Positions 1-11,496 of a stretch of 64,000 nt of DNA are shown here, in pieces. Origin of the DNA: Octopus vulgaris (taxonomy: Eukaryota); assembly GCA_951406725.2 (NCBI GenBank), contig OX597814.1, forward strand, positions 148,304,001 through 148,368,000, written 5' to 3'. Positions within the stretch are counted from its first letter, which is position 1; every line of letters begins with the position of its first letter. The notes under the pieces are model-generated. The model had not been told where the DNA came from, made no database searches, and saw only the letters and a program-made list of their open reading frames with translations. A program made the position numbers and the translations under genes.

Positions 1-924
1 CCGAATATATATATGTGTGTGTGTGTGTATTTCATTTTGGGATTTGGTTTGCAAGATTCTTTATGCGAGTTCGTGTGATGAAGCATATTTGTTGTATCTG
101 GAGAGAGTCATTATGTTTATGTGCCTTTTTGTTTAACAAACTCACCAGTTCAGTTTCCAGCCGTTTACTTCTTTATTTATCCTAAAATGTTCGTTGTGTC
201 TTGCAACCTTTTCAATAGGCGTTGACTTCGTCTATTCTCTGAGCTGCGTTCTTTTTCTTTGCTTCTGCGCATGTGTGTGGGTCAATGTATGTGCGCATAC
301 ACATATATATGTATGTACGCATGTATGTGTGTACGCATGTATGCGTTTGTATATGTATGTGCTTTTGTATGTATGTATTCTGCATATTCATATGTTTGTG
401 TGTTCGTGTTTGTGTGTGTTCGTGTTTTGTGTTTTCATGTGTGTGTTTGTTTGCATATGTATGTGTGTATGTGTGTGTGCACCTCTGTCTCCGTGCGTGT
501 GCATGTCTGCGAGCCTCTGTGCATGGGCTTTTTTGACTAAGTACATGCGTCTGTTATGTACAGATGTGTGTCTCCATATGTGTCCTTGTGTGAAGTCTGC
601 GTCTGCGTATGTGCGCATGTGTTTCTGTCTTCATTTGCATATGTATGTGTGTAGGTGTGCTAAGATACGCAAACAATCAATCTGAGAAAAACAATTAGTT
701 GAAAAAAAGAATCATTTCACATGCAATAGGGTCTAGCATAAGAACCACCTTGTAGAATCACATAGTAAAGTTTAACAGCAAACTATACTTGCAGATTCAA
801 TGTGCAGCCATTGGTGTCGGTGTAGCAGGTGATGTGACCGGCTTCTTCATGACCTGGTGGGATGGAAAATTAAAACAATTATTAGAAGAACAGTTCACAA
901 CTGTGTTATACTGCTAGTATATAT

Positions 925-1744
925 ATATACTTGCCCGGGATTAAGTTACGATTATTAAGCTAATCAAGTTATTTATTGCAAACCAAACTAAGTAATATAG
1001 TTTGGGCGAATTCCGTTGAAATTAGTTATATTATATATATTATATATATTATTTATATTATATATATATACTATAATATAAATATATATGGGCAACAGAC
1101 ACGAACACTCATACACACACGTACGTACGTACACCTATTGCAAGTTTTGTGCACGCATAGATGTCATACTCTGACAAAATGTTGTTAAATTTGTAGATTG
1201 ACACTCGCACAATTTTCACTAAGAAAAAACATCGATTTTTTTTTTGCTTAGAATCAACTACTCTAGCCTCAAAACCCTTTTTGTAATTCGTGAAACGGAG
1301 TGGGGTGTGGAGGAAGTCTCGCAAATTGTACCCATACTTACTGTAGGTATGTAGTTGAGAATAATATTCTAGTTAAAACCAAGTCTAGTAAAGGTAGTGC
1401 AGTAACCGAGGGCAACGTAATGGAGGGCATCCAGCATGTAGCTAACACCATCCACCAAAGTATTAAGGTAGCTATAGTTTAACCCGCTTGGCATCTTAAC
1501 AATAGACTCCCAGTCCTTGATACTGAACTTTGGTTAGATACTGTGAACAACAGAATGCAGCACCTCCAATCCTATTACCCATAGCATCTATATACGCCAC
1601 TCACAAGAGCTCGGGTTTTCACACAATATGAAAATCAACATACAAATAGCAGAGTGAGAGCAAACCCTATGAACCAGAGAATCATGTACAGAACTTCATG
1701 CACCGAAAGCAATTCTCTGCGCAGGAAAAGAAAGATAGGGTTAG

Positions 1745-1801
<57 letters not shown>

Positions 1802-1918
1802 ATAACGACCCTTCATTAGTTGTTGGCTGTCTATTTACTCCTCATTTAGACCATTGCACGACAGTATGAGCTTTCGAAGGCAACTGGTCCCACAACATCC
1901 CAAATAAATTTAGGATAT

Positions 1919-1995
<77 letters not shown>

Positions 1996-3128
1996 ATATT
2001 ATATATATATAATATAATATAATATAAGTATATATGGGCAACAGACACGAACACACATACACACACGTACGTACGTACACTTATTGCATGTTTTGTGCAC
2101 GCATACATGTTTATAAACAGAAATGAATGGAAAAAAATGTTGTTAAATTTGTAGATTAACACTCGCATAATTTTCACTAAGAAAAAATCGTTTTTATTTT
2201 CGCATGGAAGCAAATACTCTGGTCTCAAAACCCTTTTTGTGATCCGTGAAATGGAGTGGCGTGTGGTGGAAGCCTCGCAAATTGTACCCATTTATATTGT
2301 GTAATTCATTGACAAATTGTTACTCACCTCTTTGTTTCTTTCTTGTTAAATAAATGGATTGTCAACAAAACACTTTTTTTTTACAAAACTCTTTAGCGCC
2401 CAAAGTAATGTGTGTGAGAGAGAGGTGGAGAAAGATGAACGATTTAAAATAAACAAATGATTTAAAATAAATATATTGTAATTGTTGTGTGAGAAAGTAT
2501 TTTTAGTATGATTATAAAATATAGTGTGCCTTTCAGAAACAAAAAAAAACAAAACATTTTATAGTTTCTTTTTCATGAACGTCATAACACTCTGCCCCAT
2601 TCTTCCACTTTGCTTTATCTTAATTTTTTTGTTAGACGATGACAAAAAAGCTAAGGCTGCTTATGAATCATTTACTCTCTGTCTCTCCTTCTCTCACTTT
2701 GTCTTTCCCGTCAATCTCTCTGCCTCCTTCTTCCATTTTTTTATCTTATTTTTTTTGGTAGACGCCGTCAAAAAAGCAATGGCTCTATATCTCTCTCTCC
2801 TTCTCTCACTTTGTCTGTCTCGTGAAACTCTCTGCCTCCTTCTTCCACTCTTCTTTATCTTATTTTTTTTTTGTTAGACGCCATCAAAAAGCAATGACTG
2901 ATATTTGTTATGGTTAAAAGCTATGGTTGAAAATAATTGAAAATAGATTTTTTACCCAATGCACAGGTGCCTCGGGAAAAAAACTAAGTTGACAAAACCG
3001 AGATAGGCTGTTGAAAAATGTCTTCCTAAAATTTGAGCGACATGCGTGCGAATTTGTGGACGTGCATAAATTACAATCACGTACACACACACACGCGCAC
3101 ACACATCCTCCCTTTTATAGATATGATA
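925..3128 (+). mobile_element. Possible non-autonomous Helitron/Helentron-like element with internal tandem repeats
   Basis: A ~260-bp segment is duplicated at ~1080-1336 and ~2030-2291. Three ~120-bp repeats contain TAGACG..AAAAAGC (2632, 2759, 2875). A (CA)n tract just before a TTTTATAGATAT end resembles DINE-1/HINE architecture. Confidence 0.35.
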
Positions 3129-3984
3129 TATATATGTGGGTATGTATGTATTTATGTATGTATGTATGTATGTATGTATGTATGTATGTATGTATGTATG
3201 TATGTATGCATGTATGTATCTATGTATGTATGTTATACTTCGTACATGCTCTTTTTCTTCCTTATCAATTATTTCAGCGTCTCAAGACTTACCTTCAGCC
3301 TTAACAGGGTAAGTGTGGTGCTGCAAGAACTGCTTTGATGCCAGAGGCCCTTACTTTGAAGAAGGGTTTCGAACCTCTCTGAATATAATAAATATCTGTC
3401 TTGAAAAGTCTCTAAAAAGTCTGGAAAGCACATGTTTTATTTTCCGTTTCTTCCCCGAGTACTCTCTGCTAATTTCCACTCTATTTGTCTTTCTTTCCCC
3501 AATATATATCTTGTTTCGTATTATATACTCACTCTGGCTTTATACGTTTTGATATTTCCAATATTCTATGAGTATGTACGAATATTAAACTTTGTGTTTC
3601 TTGGAACAAAATTCGTCTACTCTATTTTTTGTTATTTTATTTTTTCTTCTTATCAATACAATATATTTGTACCTACAAATCATAAATTTTATATGCACCC
3701 ACACAGGCACACACACGCGCACCCGCGCAGGAACACATATATGTTTCTATATATATCCATCTTTGTATGCATATTTTATGATTATATATATGTATATATA
3801 TAATTTGCAGTATAAATTTCTGCTCACAGACAATGACGTTATCTCCGTCTATTTCACTCGTTTTATCATTATCAGTCTTTCTAACAATCTCATACATACA
3901 GACACATAAATTACTATGAAATAAACAAATAGATGAGGAGAGCAATGCTAGGCGCGGGTAAGTGTGTAGGAGAGTTTGTATGTA

Positions 3985-4025
<41 letters not shown>

Positions 4026-5057
4026 TATAAACAAATGTGTGTATATATTTGTATATATATATATATGGTTACATATGCATATGCGTATGTTTCCCTTTCT
4101 CTTTCTCTGTCCTCTATTTCCTGTCTTTTTGTCCTATTTTACACACTTCATCGATCTCACACTCTCTAAATCATATCGTTCCTATTTTTCCTGTTTTCAT
4201 AATTTTACTTTCTCATTTTTTCATTGTATATTCATTTTCATTTTTGTATCTCTCTTACCCTTTCCCAAGCTTTGCTTTCATTTCTCTCCTCCTCAATCTA
4301 TATATTCCCTTTTTCGTTCTTTCTTTCACCGCCTCTCTTTATTGTTGCGTTCCGTTTCAGTATTTTAATTACTTATCCTCTTTCCATCTTATTTGCTCCT
4401 TACCCTTAATACTTCAGCCTGTTTTCTTTCTGTCTACTTTTCTTTTAACGTCTTGTTCGTTATTGTCACTAAGTAACTTATTTCAAATTCTATTGCAATT
4501 CTAATTCTCTTTATTCTTCTTGCCTATTTTAGTTCCATTGTTCCTGATCTCTTTTCATTCCAAAAAAATAAGAAGATGGTGAAGGTAATGTATCATAATC
4601 ATACAAGAATGCAAATAAAAACCCAAACTCGTCTTTACGTTGCGTGCAACTGATACATAAATGCGAATAAAATGAGACGATATTCATGTCGACTACAACG
4701 GACTCGGGTGAAATTAAACTGCGCACCGATAACTTGCTTCCTGATAGTTATGTAACATCGAACGATGATCTTGATATCTTTTTGCCGATGTGTTTATAGT
4801 GTTTCTTTCATAAAAAAGAAATGACCTGAATGGCTCGGTGACTGAAGTACCAGGACAAACATCCGTCCTACATCATGGTGAAAAATACTTTCCAATGTGA
4901 ACCCAGTATATTTCCATTGCACACAAGCAGTATACCGAGACGTTGTTTATCTCGCTTCCAGCGGTAGATTTGTAAGGAGGATGTGATTAGTTGCATCTAA
5001 TGCTAATTTCAAACACACCAGCTGATTACAGGCCAACCAATCAATATAATGAACCAC

Positions 5058-5650
5058 GGCAAGCTGGCAGAAACGTTAGCACGCGGGGTGAAATGCTTAG
5101 CGGTATTTCATCCGCCGTTACGTTCTGAGTTCAAATTCTTCCGAGGTCGTCTTTGCCTTTCATCCTTTCGGGGTCGATAAATTAAGGACCAGTTACGCAC
5201 TGGGGCTTATGTAATCGAATTAATCCGTTTGTCTGTCTTTGTCCTCTTTGTGTTTAGCCCTCTTGTGGGTAGTAAAGAAATAGGTATTTCGTCTGCAGCT
5301 ACGTTGTGAGTTAAGTTCCGCCGAGGTCAACTTTGCCTTTCATCATTTCGGTGTTGATTAATTAAGTACCAGTTACGCACTGGGGTCGATATAATCGACT
5401 TAATCCGTTTCTCTGTCCTTGTATATCTCCTCTTTGTGTAGCCCTTTGTGTGCAGTAAAGAAATAGGTATTTCGTCTACCGTTACATTCTGTGTTGAAAT
5501 TCAGACGAGGTCGACTTTGCTTAACATCCTTTCGGGGTCGATTAAAGAAGTGCCAGTTACGCACTGGAGTCGATGTAATCGACGTAATCCCTTTGTATTT
5601 CTTGTCCCCTCTGTTTAGCCCCCTGTGGGCAATAAAGAAATAAAAAGGAG
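5058..5650 (+). mobile_element. Trimeric tRNA-derived Nin/Deu-domain-type SINE with Tx1-like tail
   Basis: Head GGCAAGCTGGCAGAAACGTTAGC, B-box GAGTTCAAATT and core GCCTTTCATCCTTTCGGGGTCGATAAATTAAG. Three ~180-bp units restart at 5283 and 5466. TSD ATATAATGAA(C/T)CAC at 5044-5057 and 5651-5664. Confidence 0.88.
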
Positions 5651-6136
5651 ATATAATGAATCACTGTCTCCTCACTACACGCTAAATTAGTATTTGAATA
5701 ATTTCTGATACCACAGATACCTTCTCCTTTGTAGACCTAATGCTGCTTCTGTTGAAGGAACGAATGACTTGGTTTGGTGTCGAAAAGAAACCTATGTCGA
5801 AAATACAGCAAATTAAAACAAAGCAAAAAAATAAAAATAAAAATAAAGAAAGGATAACTTCGTCATGGAAGGTGTGTTTTTAGATTCGTTAAGTTAATGA
5901 TACTTTGCAGTATAGCCACTGTCACTGCGTTACGGATTGATGTGAAAAAGGGCAATGCTTGAGATTTGGTATATGTTTTATCATTGGCTACGGCGAATAT
6001 AGACTATTAAGGATAAGAGTTTTAAAAAGATGGATTTGGAATTATAGAATTGGCTGCCAAATCGATTCGGTAACGGGACTTTCTAATGAAACCCAGAATA
6101 AACAATATAGTCAAATATGTGTTTGTATATCACTAA

Positions 6137-6464
6137 TTGGTGGTGGTGACCCCCTTCGGTCAGACACTGACCATGGGTTTGCACCTAGAGAGTTACCCTC
6201 TGAGGCACAAGTCTGGGCAAGCTTGTTTTATGGAAGACCAGCAGTCGCCCATGCATACCGGCCTCCCCTTTCCACGTCACCGATGTTGTCCAAGGGAAAG
6301 GCAAGGGCCGATACAGCTTGGCACTTGTGACGTCGCAACTCATTTCTACAGCTGAGTCAACTGGAGCAACGTGAAATAAAGTGTCTTGCTCAGAACACAA
6401 CACGCAGCCCGGTCCAGGATTCGAACTCACAATCTCACGATCGTAAGCTCGACGCTCTAACCAC
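6137..6464 (-). mobile_element. tRNA-derived CORE-type SINE with a probable RTE-related 3' half
   Basis: Minus strand: A-box GTGGTTAGAGC, B-box GTTCGAATCC, CORE-like CTGAGCAAGACACTTTATTTCAC..CCAGTTGACTCAGCTG, then GCGACTGCTGGTCTTCCATAAAAC and an (ACC)n end. A decayed relative lies at about 10610-10830 (+). The RTE relationship is from recollection and unverified. Confidence 0.7.
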
Positions 6465-7467
6465 ATGGTGTCATAATTAATTCGTTCAAAGTGATAGCAA
6501 AAACCGGTATGCGGTTGTCTCTTTAGCGTACACGTCGAGTCGAAAGTTAGTCTGATATGTCACTGTCGACGATACGTTCACTGACAGCCACATGTCAGAA
6601 TCTACAACCCTTCCTCGCTACGGGAGTCATGAAGAGGGCACAAGCGAAATGAAGAAACCCCGATGGAAACAGATGGTTTCGTAGGTAAACGAGCAATGAA
6701 AAATTGGCTGAAATGATTAGCAAAGCAGTTTCTGTTGCAAATCTGAGGCAGCGAATTGTTTTGGCAACTTTATGTGTCAGCACACTGCTGGATGGATAGG
6801 AATAATAACGACTATAATACGAAACACGAATATCATAGAATTTTCTAAAGATGCGGACAACGGGGTTTCAAATGTTAAAGGAGGCTTCTTAAATAGTTAA
6901 AGAGTAGACGATAAAAAGGAAAATTCTAATTAGAAAAATATAAGAGAAATATTTAATTTCATTCAGAAAGTTTTCAAATTCACGTAAATAAAATTTCTAC
7001 ACGAATATTTATTCAAATGAATGCGTGCTAATAGAGTCAATTACTGTTATGTTTATTTGCAAATCTGACTGTGTAGGAATGCCTATGTGTACGATATATA
7101 TATTTTTTTTCTTTTTTCTCTGCCTTTATGTATGCATGTATGCATCAGTCTATCTGTATTTGTGTATGCGTGTATACATAAACATATCTGTCTATGAATA
7201 TAAGTCATCCCCTATCTTTTACTTGTCTCATTCATTACATTGCAGCGAAGCTGGGTCACCGAGTTGACAAATTTAGCCGCTCCTCAGTACATATTTTTCC
7301 CCTAAACGTAATAGTTATTATAGCAATGTGTTTTTGCCGAACTACTATGTTACAGGGACGTAAACACAGGTCGTCGAGGTCTGATGGGGTGGGGGGGGCT
7401 AACACAAATTCAAATGCACGCACACGTTAATATATACATGCACACCCCCACACAAACACCCACACAC

Positions 7468-7542
7468 AGATAGATAGATAGATAGATAGATAGATAAATA
7501 GGTAGGTAGGTAGGTAGGTAGGTAGGTAGGTAGGTAGGTAGG

Positions 7543-7604
<62 letters not shown>

Positions 7605-7605
7605 T
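7468..7605. repeat. (GATA)n/(GGTA)n tetranucleotide microsatellite; similar tracts at 20300-20490, 47458-47672 and 58560-58680
   Basis: Seen directly. Confidence 0.97.
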
Positions 7606-8153
7606 ATATAGGTATACGCGTGGTATTATGTTTCCGTTTGCATTAAGACTTTCCCAGAAGAAAAGTGTATTGAATATGCTTCATACCAGAATATTTTCCC
7701 TTTTATTAAACGGTCTTGAAGGTAGTTTTAATGAGATTTGAATTATTAATTCTGAAACCTTTACCGTAATATCATTTGTACGGTGCACCTGGGCGCTGCA
7801 AGGTCGATGTCACAGTAGCCACTTAGGTGTGTGGTGGAATTGCATATATATTACACACACACATACACACACACACATGTGTAAATATGTTCGTTTAAGC
7901 GGCATACATAAGCATGCACGATGTGTTGTCTCCCTTGTCTGTGTGTGCGTGTAACATGTTTCTTCGAATATATATCAATATTCGGATCTGCATTTCTCTG
8001 CCATATCTCTACAGTAACTGAGTATCTCAATTTCTTCATAGGAATTTTCTGCACACTTGCCACGGAACATAATAATATCTTGTTTTATTATGACATAGGA
8101 ATAATTTTAAATGCAGTTAAAAGTGATTGCCGTCATTATATACATGTGTGTGT

Positions 8154-8858
8154 AAGGCGGCGAGCTGGCAGAAACGTTAGCACGCCGGGAGAAATGCTTA
8201 GCAGTATTTTGTCTGCCGTTACGTTCTCAGTTCAAAATCCGTCGAGGTCGACTTTGCCTTTCATCCTTTCGGGGTCGATAAATTAAGTACCAGTTAAGAA
8301 CTGGGGTCGATTTAATCGATTTAACCCCTTTGTCTATCCTTGTTTGTCCTCTCTGTGTTTAGCCCCTTGTGGATAGTAAAAAATAGGTATTTCCTCTGCC
8401 GCTACGTTCTGAGTTCAAATTCCGCCGAGGTCGAATTGCCTTTTATCCTTTCGGGGTCAATAAATTGAGTACCAGTTACACACTTGGGTCGATGTAATCG
8501 ACTTAATCACTTTGTTCTTGTTTGTCCCCTCTATGTTTAGCAATAAAGAAATAACAAACTTTAGCACGCCGGGGGAAATGTTTAGCGGTATTTCGTCTGC
8601 CGAGGTCGACTTTGCTTTCATCATTCGGGATCGATAAATTAAGTACCAGTTACGCACTGGAGTCGATATAATCGTCTTAATCCGTTTGCCTGTCCTAGTT
8701 TGTCTCCTCTCTGTTTAGCCCTTTGTGTGTAATAAAGAAATAGGTATTTCATCTGTCTTTAAGTACTGAGTTCAAATTCTACAGAGGTTGACTTTGCCTT
8801 TCATTCTTTCAGGGTAGATAAATTAATTACCAATTGCGTACTCTCATCGATCTAATTG
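8154..8858 (+). mobile_element. Four-unit array of the same Nin/Deu-type SINE
   Basis: Units restart after the ...AAATA tail at 8386 (GGTATTTC), 8554 (ACAAACTTTAGCACG, equivalent to AGAAACGTTAGCACG) and 8743 (GGTATTTC). Confidence 0.85.
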
Positions 8859-8879
8859 TGTCTACAGTATATACCTGTG

Positions 8880-8910
<31 letters not shown>

Positions 8911-8914
<4 letters not shown>

Positions 8915-9276
8915 ATAATAAATATTAGGGAATAAATCCAAATTTACAGGGAAAAATCAGATTTAGGATTGAATCCAATTTTATGGTAAAATATAATATA
9001 ATATTAATTAGAGACAAAACCACTATTATGCAAATCAAACAAAGAAAGACTTAATCCAATACATAAAAAATTTTATATAAATTAAATAAAATTAAGTTAT
9101 CCACTACAATTGTTTCCTGTCACTTCTAAGGACATTCATCAGGTGGTTTCAAGACCTTCTATTCAATTTTAAATTATGAATTTGAATAGAAGGTCTTGAA
9201 ACCACCTGATGAATGTCCTTAGAAGTGACAGGAAACAATTGTAGTGGATAACTTAATTTTATTTAATTTATATAAA
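8911..9276. mobile_element. Fold-back (palindromic) PLE pLTR-derived element, family A, in (TA)n
   Basis: Near-perfect inverted arms at ~9072-9166 and ~9182-9276. The left arm continues into a tail to 8911. Homologous to 29121-29560 and 52301-52602. Confidence 0.8.
9202..9247 (+). ncRNA. Type I hammerhead ribozyme (mirror copy on the minus strand at ~9101-9146)
   Basis: CCAC-CTGATGA-ATGTC-cttagaagt-GACAG-GAAAC-AATT-GTA-GTGG. Stem I is CCAC/GTGG, stem II has a terminal A-G mismatch, and the predicted cut is after GUA (9243). Confidence 0.8.
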
Positions 9277-9804
9277 TATATATATATATATATATCTTTC
9301 TATCTATCTATCTATGCACACATAGTAAAACTTCTTAACTCTTTTTTTACTTACAACAAATTTGTTATCAGTATTGTTGTAGCAAGTCCTATTCTCTTTA
9401 GTTCCTTTAATACTTTAATATTTCCACTAAAGGGGATTACTTTTCTTGTGTCTATTAGTTGCATGAATAACATCAGTAAATCAAATATGTTCAAATCTCA
9501 TTATCAAGGTATCGAATCGGTTTCGATGATGTGTATTCGATCTTTTAAAATAGCTGTTCGTTCAAGTAGTTATTCCACTGATACGAGTACCCTTAATATT
9601 TTTCGCAAGACTAGACCTTTCAATTACAGTTACAATCCTTTCGATGTGTTTTCTCACAATTTCTATCACCCCAGTTTTACTCAAAAGGATGGAATCGATC
9701 CGATGTTTAGATAAAACATAATCGTCTTAGATATTTAAGCTGAACAATACCATTGCGAAGCGAACTTCTTGACATTTGGTTCATAATGTGTCCGTCATCA
9801 ACTG

Positions 9805-10423
9805 TATTATTTTGTAATCTAGGCACAAGGCAAGGATTTTCGGGTGGTGATAGGTGCAGGTGATTAGATCGACCTCAGTATGTAACTGGTAATTAATTTA
9901 TCAACTCCGAAAGAATGAAAGGCAAAGTCGACCTCGGCGGATTTTGAACTCATAACATAAAACAGATGAAATACCACTACGCATTTCTCCCGACGTACTA
10001 ACGTTTCTTATTTCTTTATTGCCTACAAGGGGCTAAACACAGAGGGACAAACAAGGACAGACAAAGGGATTAAGTCTATTACATCGAGCCAAGTGCGTAA
10101 CTGGTACTTAATTTATTGACCCCGAAATTATGAAAGGCAAAGTCGATCTCGGCGGAATTTGAATTCAGAACGTAGCGGCAGACGGAATACCTATTTCTTT
10201 ATTACCCACAAGGGGCTAAACACAGACAGGACAAACAAGGACAGACAAACGGATTAAGTCGATTATATGGACCCCAGTGCGTAACTGGTACTTTTTCATT
10301 GACCCAGAAATGATGAAAGGCAAAATCGACCTCGGCGGAATTTGAATTCAGAACGTAGCGGCACACGAAATACTGCTAAGCATTTCGCCAGGCGTGCTAA
10401 CGTTTCTACCAGCTCGCCGCCTT
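9805..10423 (-). mobile_element. Three-unit array of the Nin/Deu-type SINE; the last unit has the alternative GCCTTGTGCC tail
   Basis: Reverse complement of the 5058 and 8154 arrays, with junctions at 10191/10192 and 10008/10009. Confidence 0.85.
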
Positions 10424-10881
10424 CCAAACGTCATTGCATTGTATATTGTACTGCGAGTAAAATAAGATACAGAAAAACAGTGTCGAAGCGCATCAGACCA
10501 ATTAATGCTATTATTTAAAATGCCAAACGTGTTACACAATGTCATGTTGAACCTGTGCTTACATTAGTTATAATAAGGCTACGTATCTCAGTGGAATGTG
10601 GAGTCGCATGACTGACTCAAATGTTAAAATCTTGAACTCATGATCGAAAGAGTGTGGTTCTGTTTCATGAACAGAGCAGCGAGTTGGGTTCTTAATCAAA
10701 GAACCTTCATTTCACGTTGTCCCATTCTATTCAGCTGGTAAAGCTAGCCCCTTCCAGCGGTTGGGGAAGTATATAAGCCAATGAAACGAGGAAACCGGCT
10801 TTATGAGCCTATATGGCTTGGAAAGAAGTTTTATTCTTTTTTTATTTATCTTAGAGGAATATTCAGCCATTTACAATTTAG

Positions 10882-11268
10882 TCTTTTACTCTTTTACTTG
10901 CTTCAGTCATTTGACTACGGCCATGCTGGAGCACCGCCTTTAATCGAGCAACTCGACCCCGGGACTTATTCTTTTGTAAGCCCAGTACTTGTTCTATCGG
11001 TCTCTTTTGCCGAACCGCTAAGTAACGGGGACGTAAACACACCAGCATCGGTTGTCAAGCAATGCTAAGGGGACAAACACAGACACACAAACGCACACAC
11101 GTATATATATACATACATATATATATACGACGGGCTTCTCTTAGTTTCCGTCTACCAAATCCACTCACAAGGCTTTGGTCGGCCCGAGGCTATAGGAGAA
11201 GACACTTGCCCAAGGTGCCACGCAGTGGAACTGAACCTGGAACCATGTGGTTGGTAATCAAGCTACTT
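10882..11268 (-). mobile_element. tRNA-derived SINE (CORE-like body), 3' part; host of the Tx1 insertion
   Basis: The minus strand reads AAGTAGCTTG..CCACATGGTTCCAGGTTCAGTTCCACTGCGTGGCACCTTGGGCAAGTGTCTTCT..., an internal TA/TG tract and a GTAAAAGA-type tail. Same family as 40122-40325 and 45427-45500. Confidence 0.85.
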
Positions 11269-11496
11269 TATTTCATATAATTTGCCATTTAGGCATTTAC
11301 AAAGAGGGGACAAACAAGGACAGACAAATATAAAGGGTGAAGTAGCTTAACACAGTTACAATTTTCGAATGAAATTACGGATAAGATTATAAACAATGAA
11401 TTTTACGAAGGCAATGTTTAAAAATATTAATGATCATGTCGAAGGACGGACACCCAGCCATCCGGGTAGAACCTTTACTTTCTGATCCGGTCACAC

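Noticed and set aside
194-685. Cys/Val/Tyr/Ile-rich ORFs (CVCV, YIYI, MYVC, IYLS) here and throughout the window
   Set aside because: They are translations of TG, TA, TATG and GATA repeats.
5058-5650. Regularly repeated units resembling a CRISPR array or tRNA gene cluster
   Set aside because: The units are ~180-bp SINE bodies without unique spacers. No complete cloverleaf could be folded and there are no cas genes; the context is eukaryotic.
9072-9276. Fold-backs as DNA-transposon MITEs or miRNA precursors
   Set aside because: Arms are asymmetric, centres differ between family members, and they contain hammerhead motifs. This fits retroelement pLTR inversions better than TIR elements or miRNA genes.
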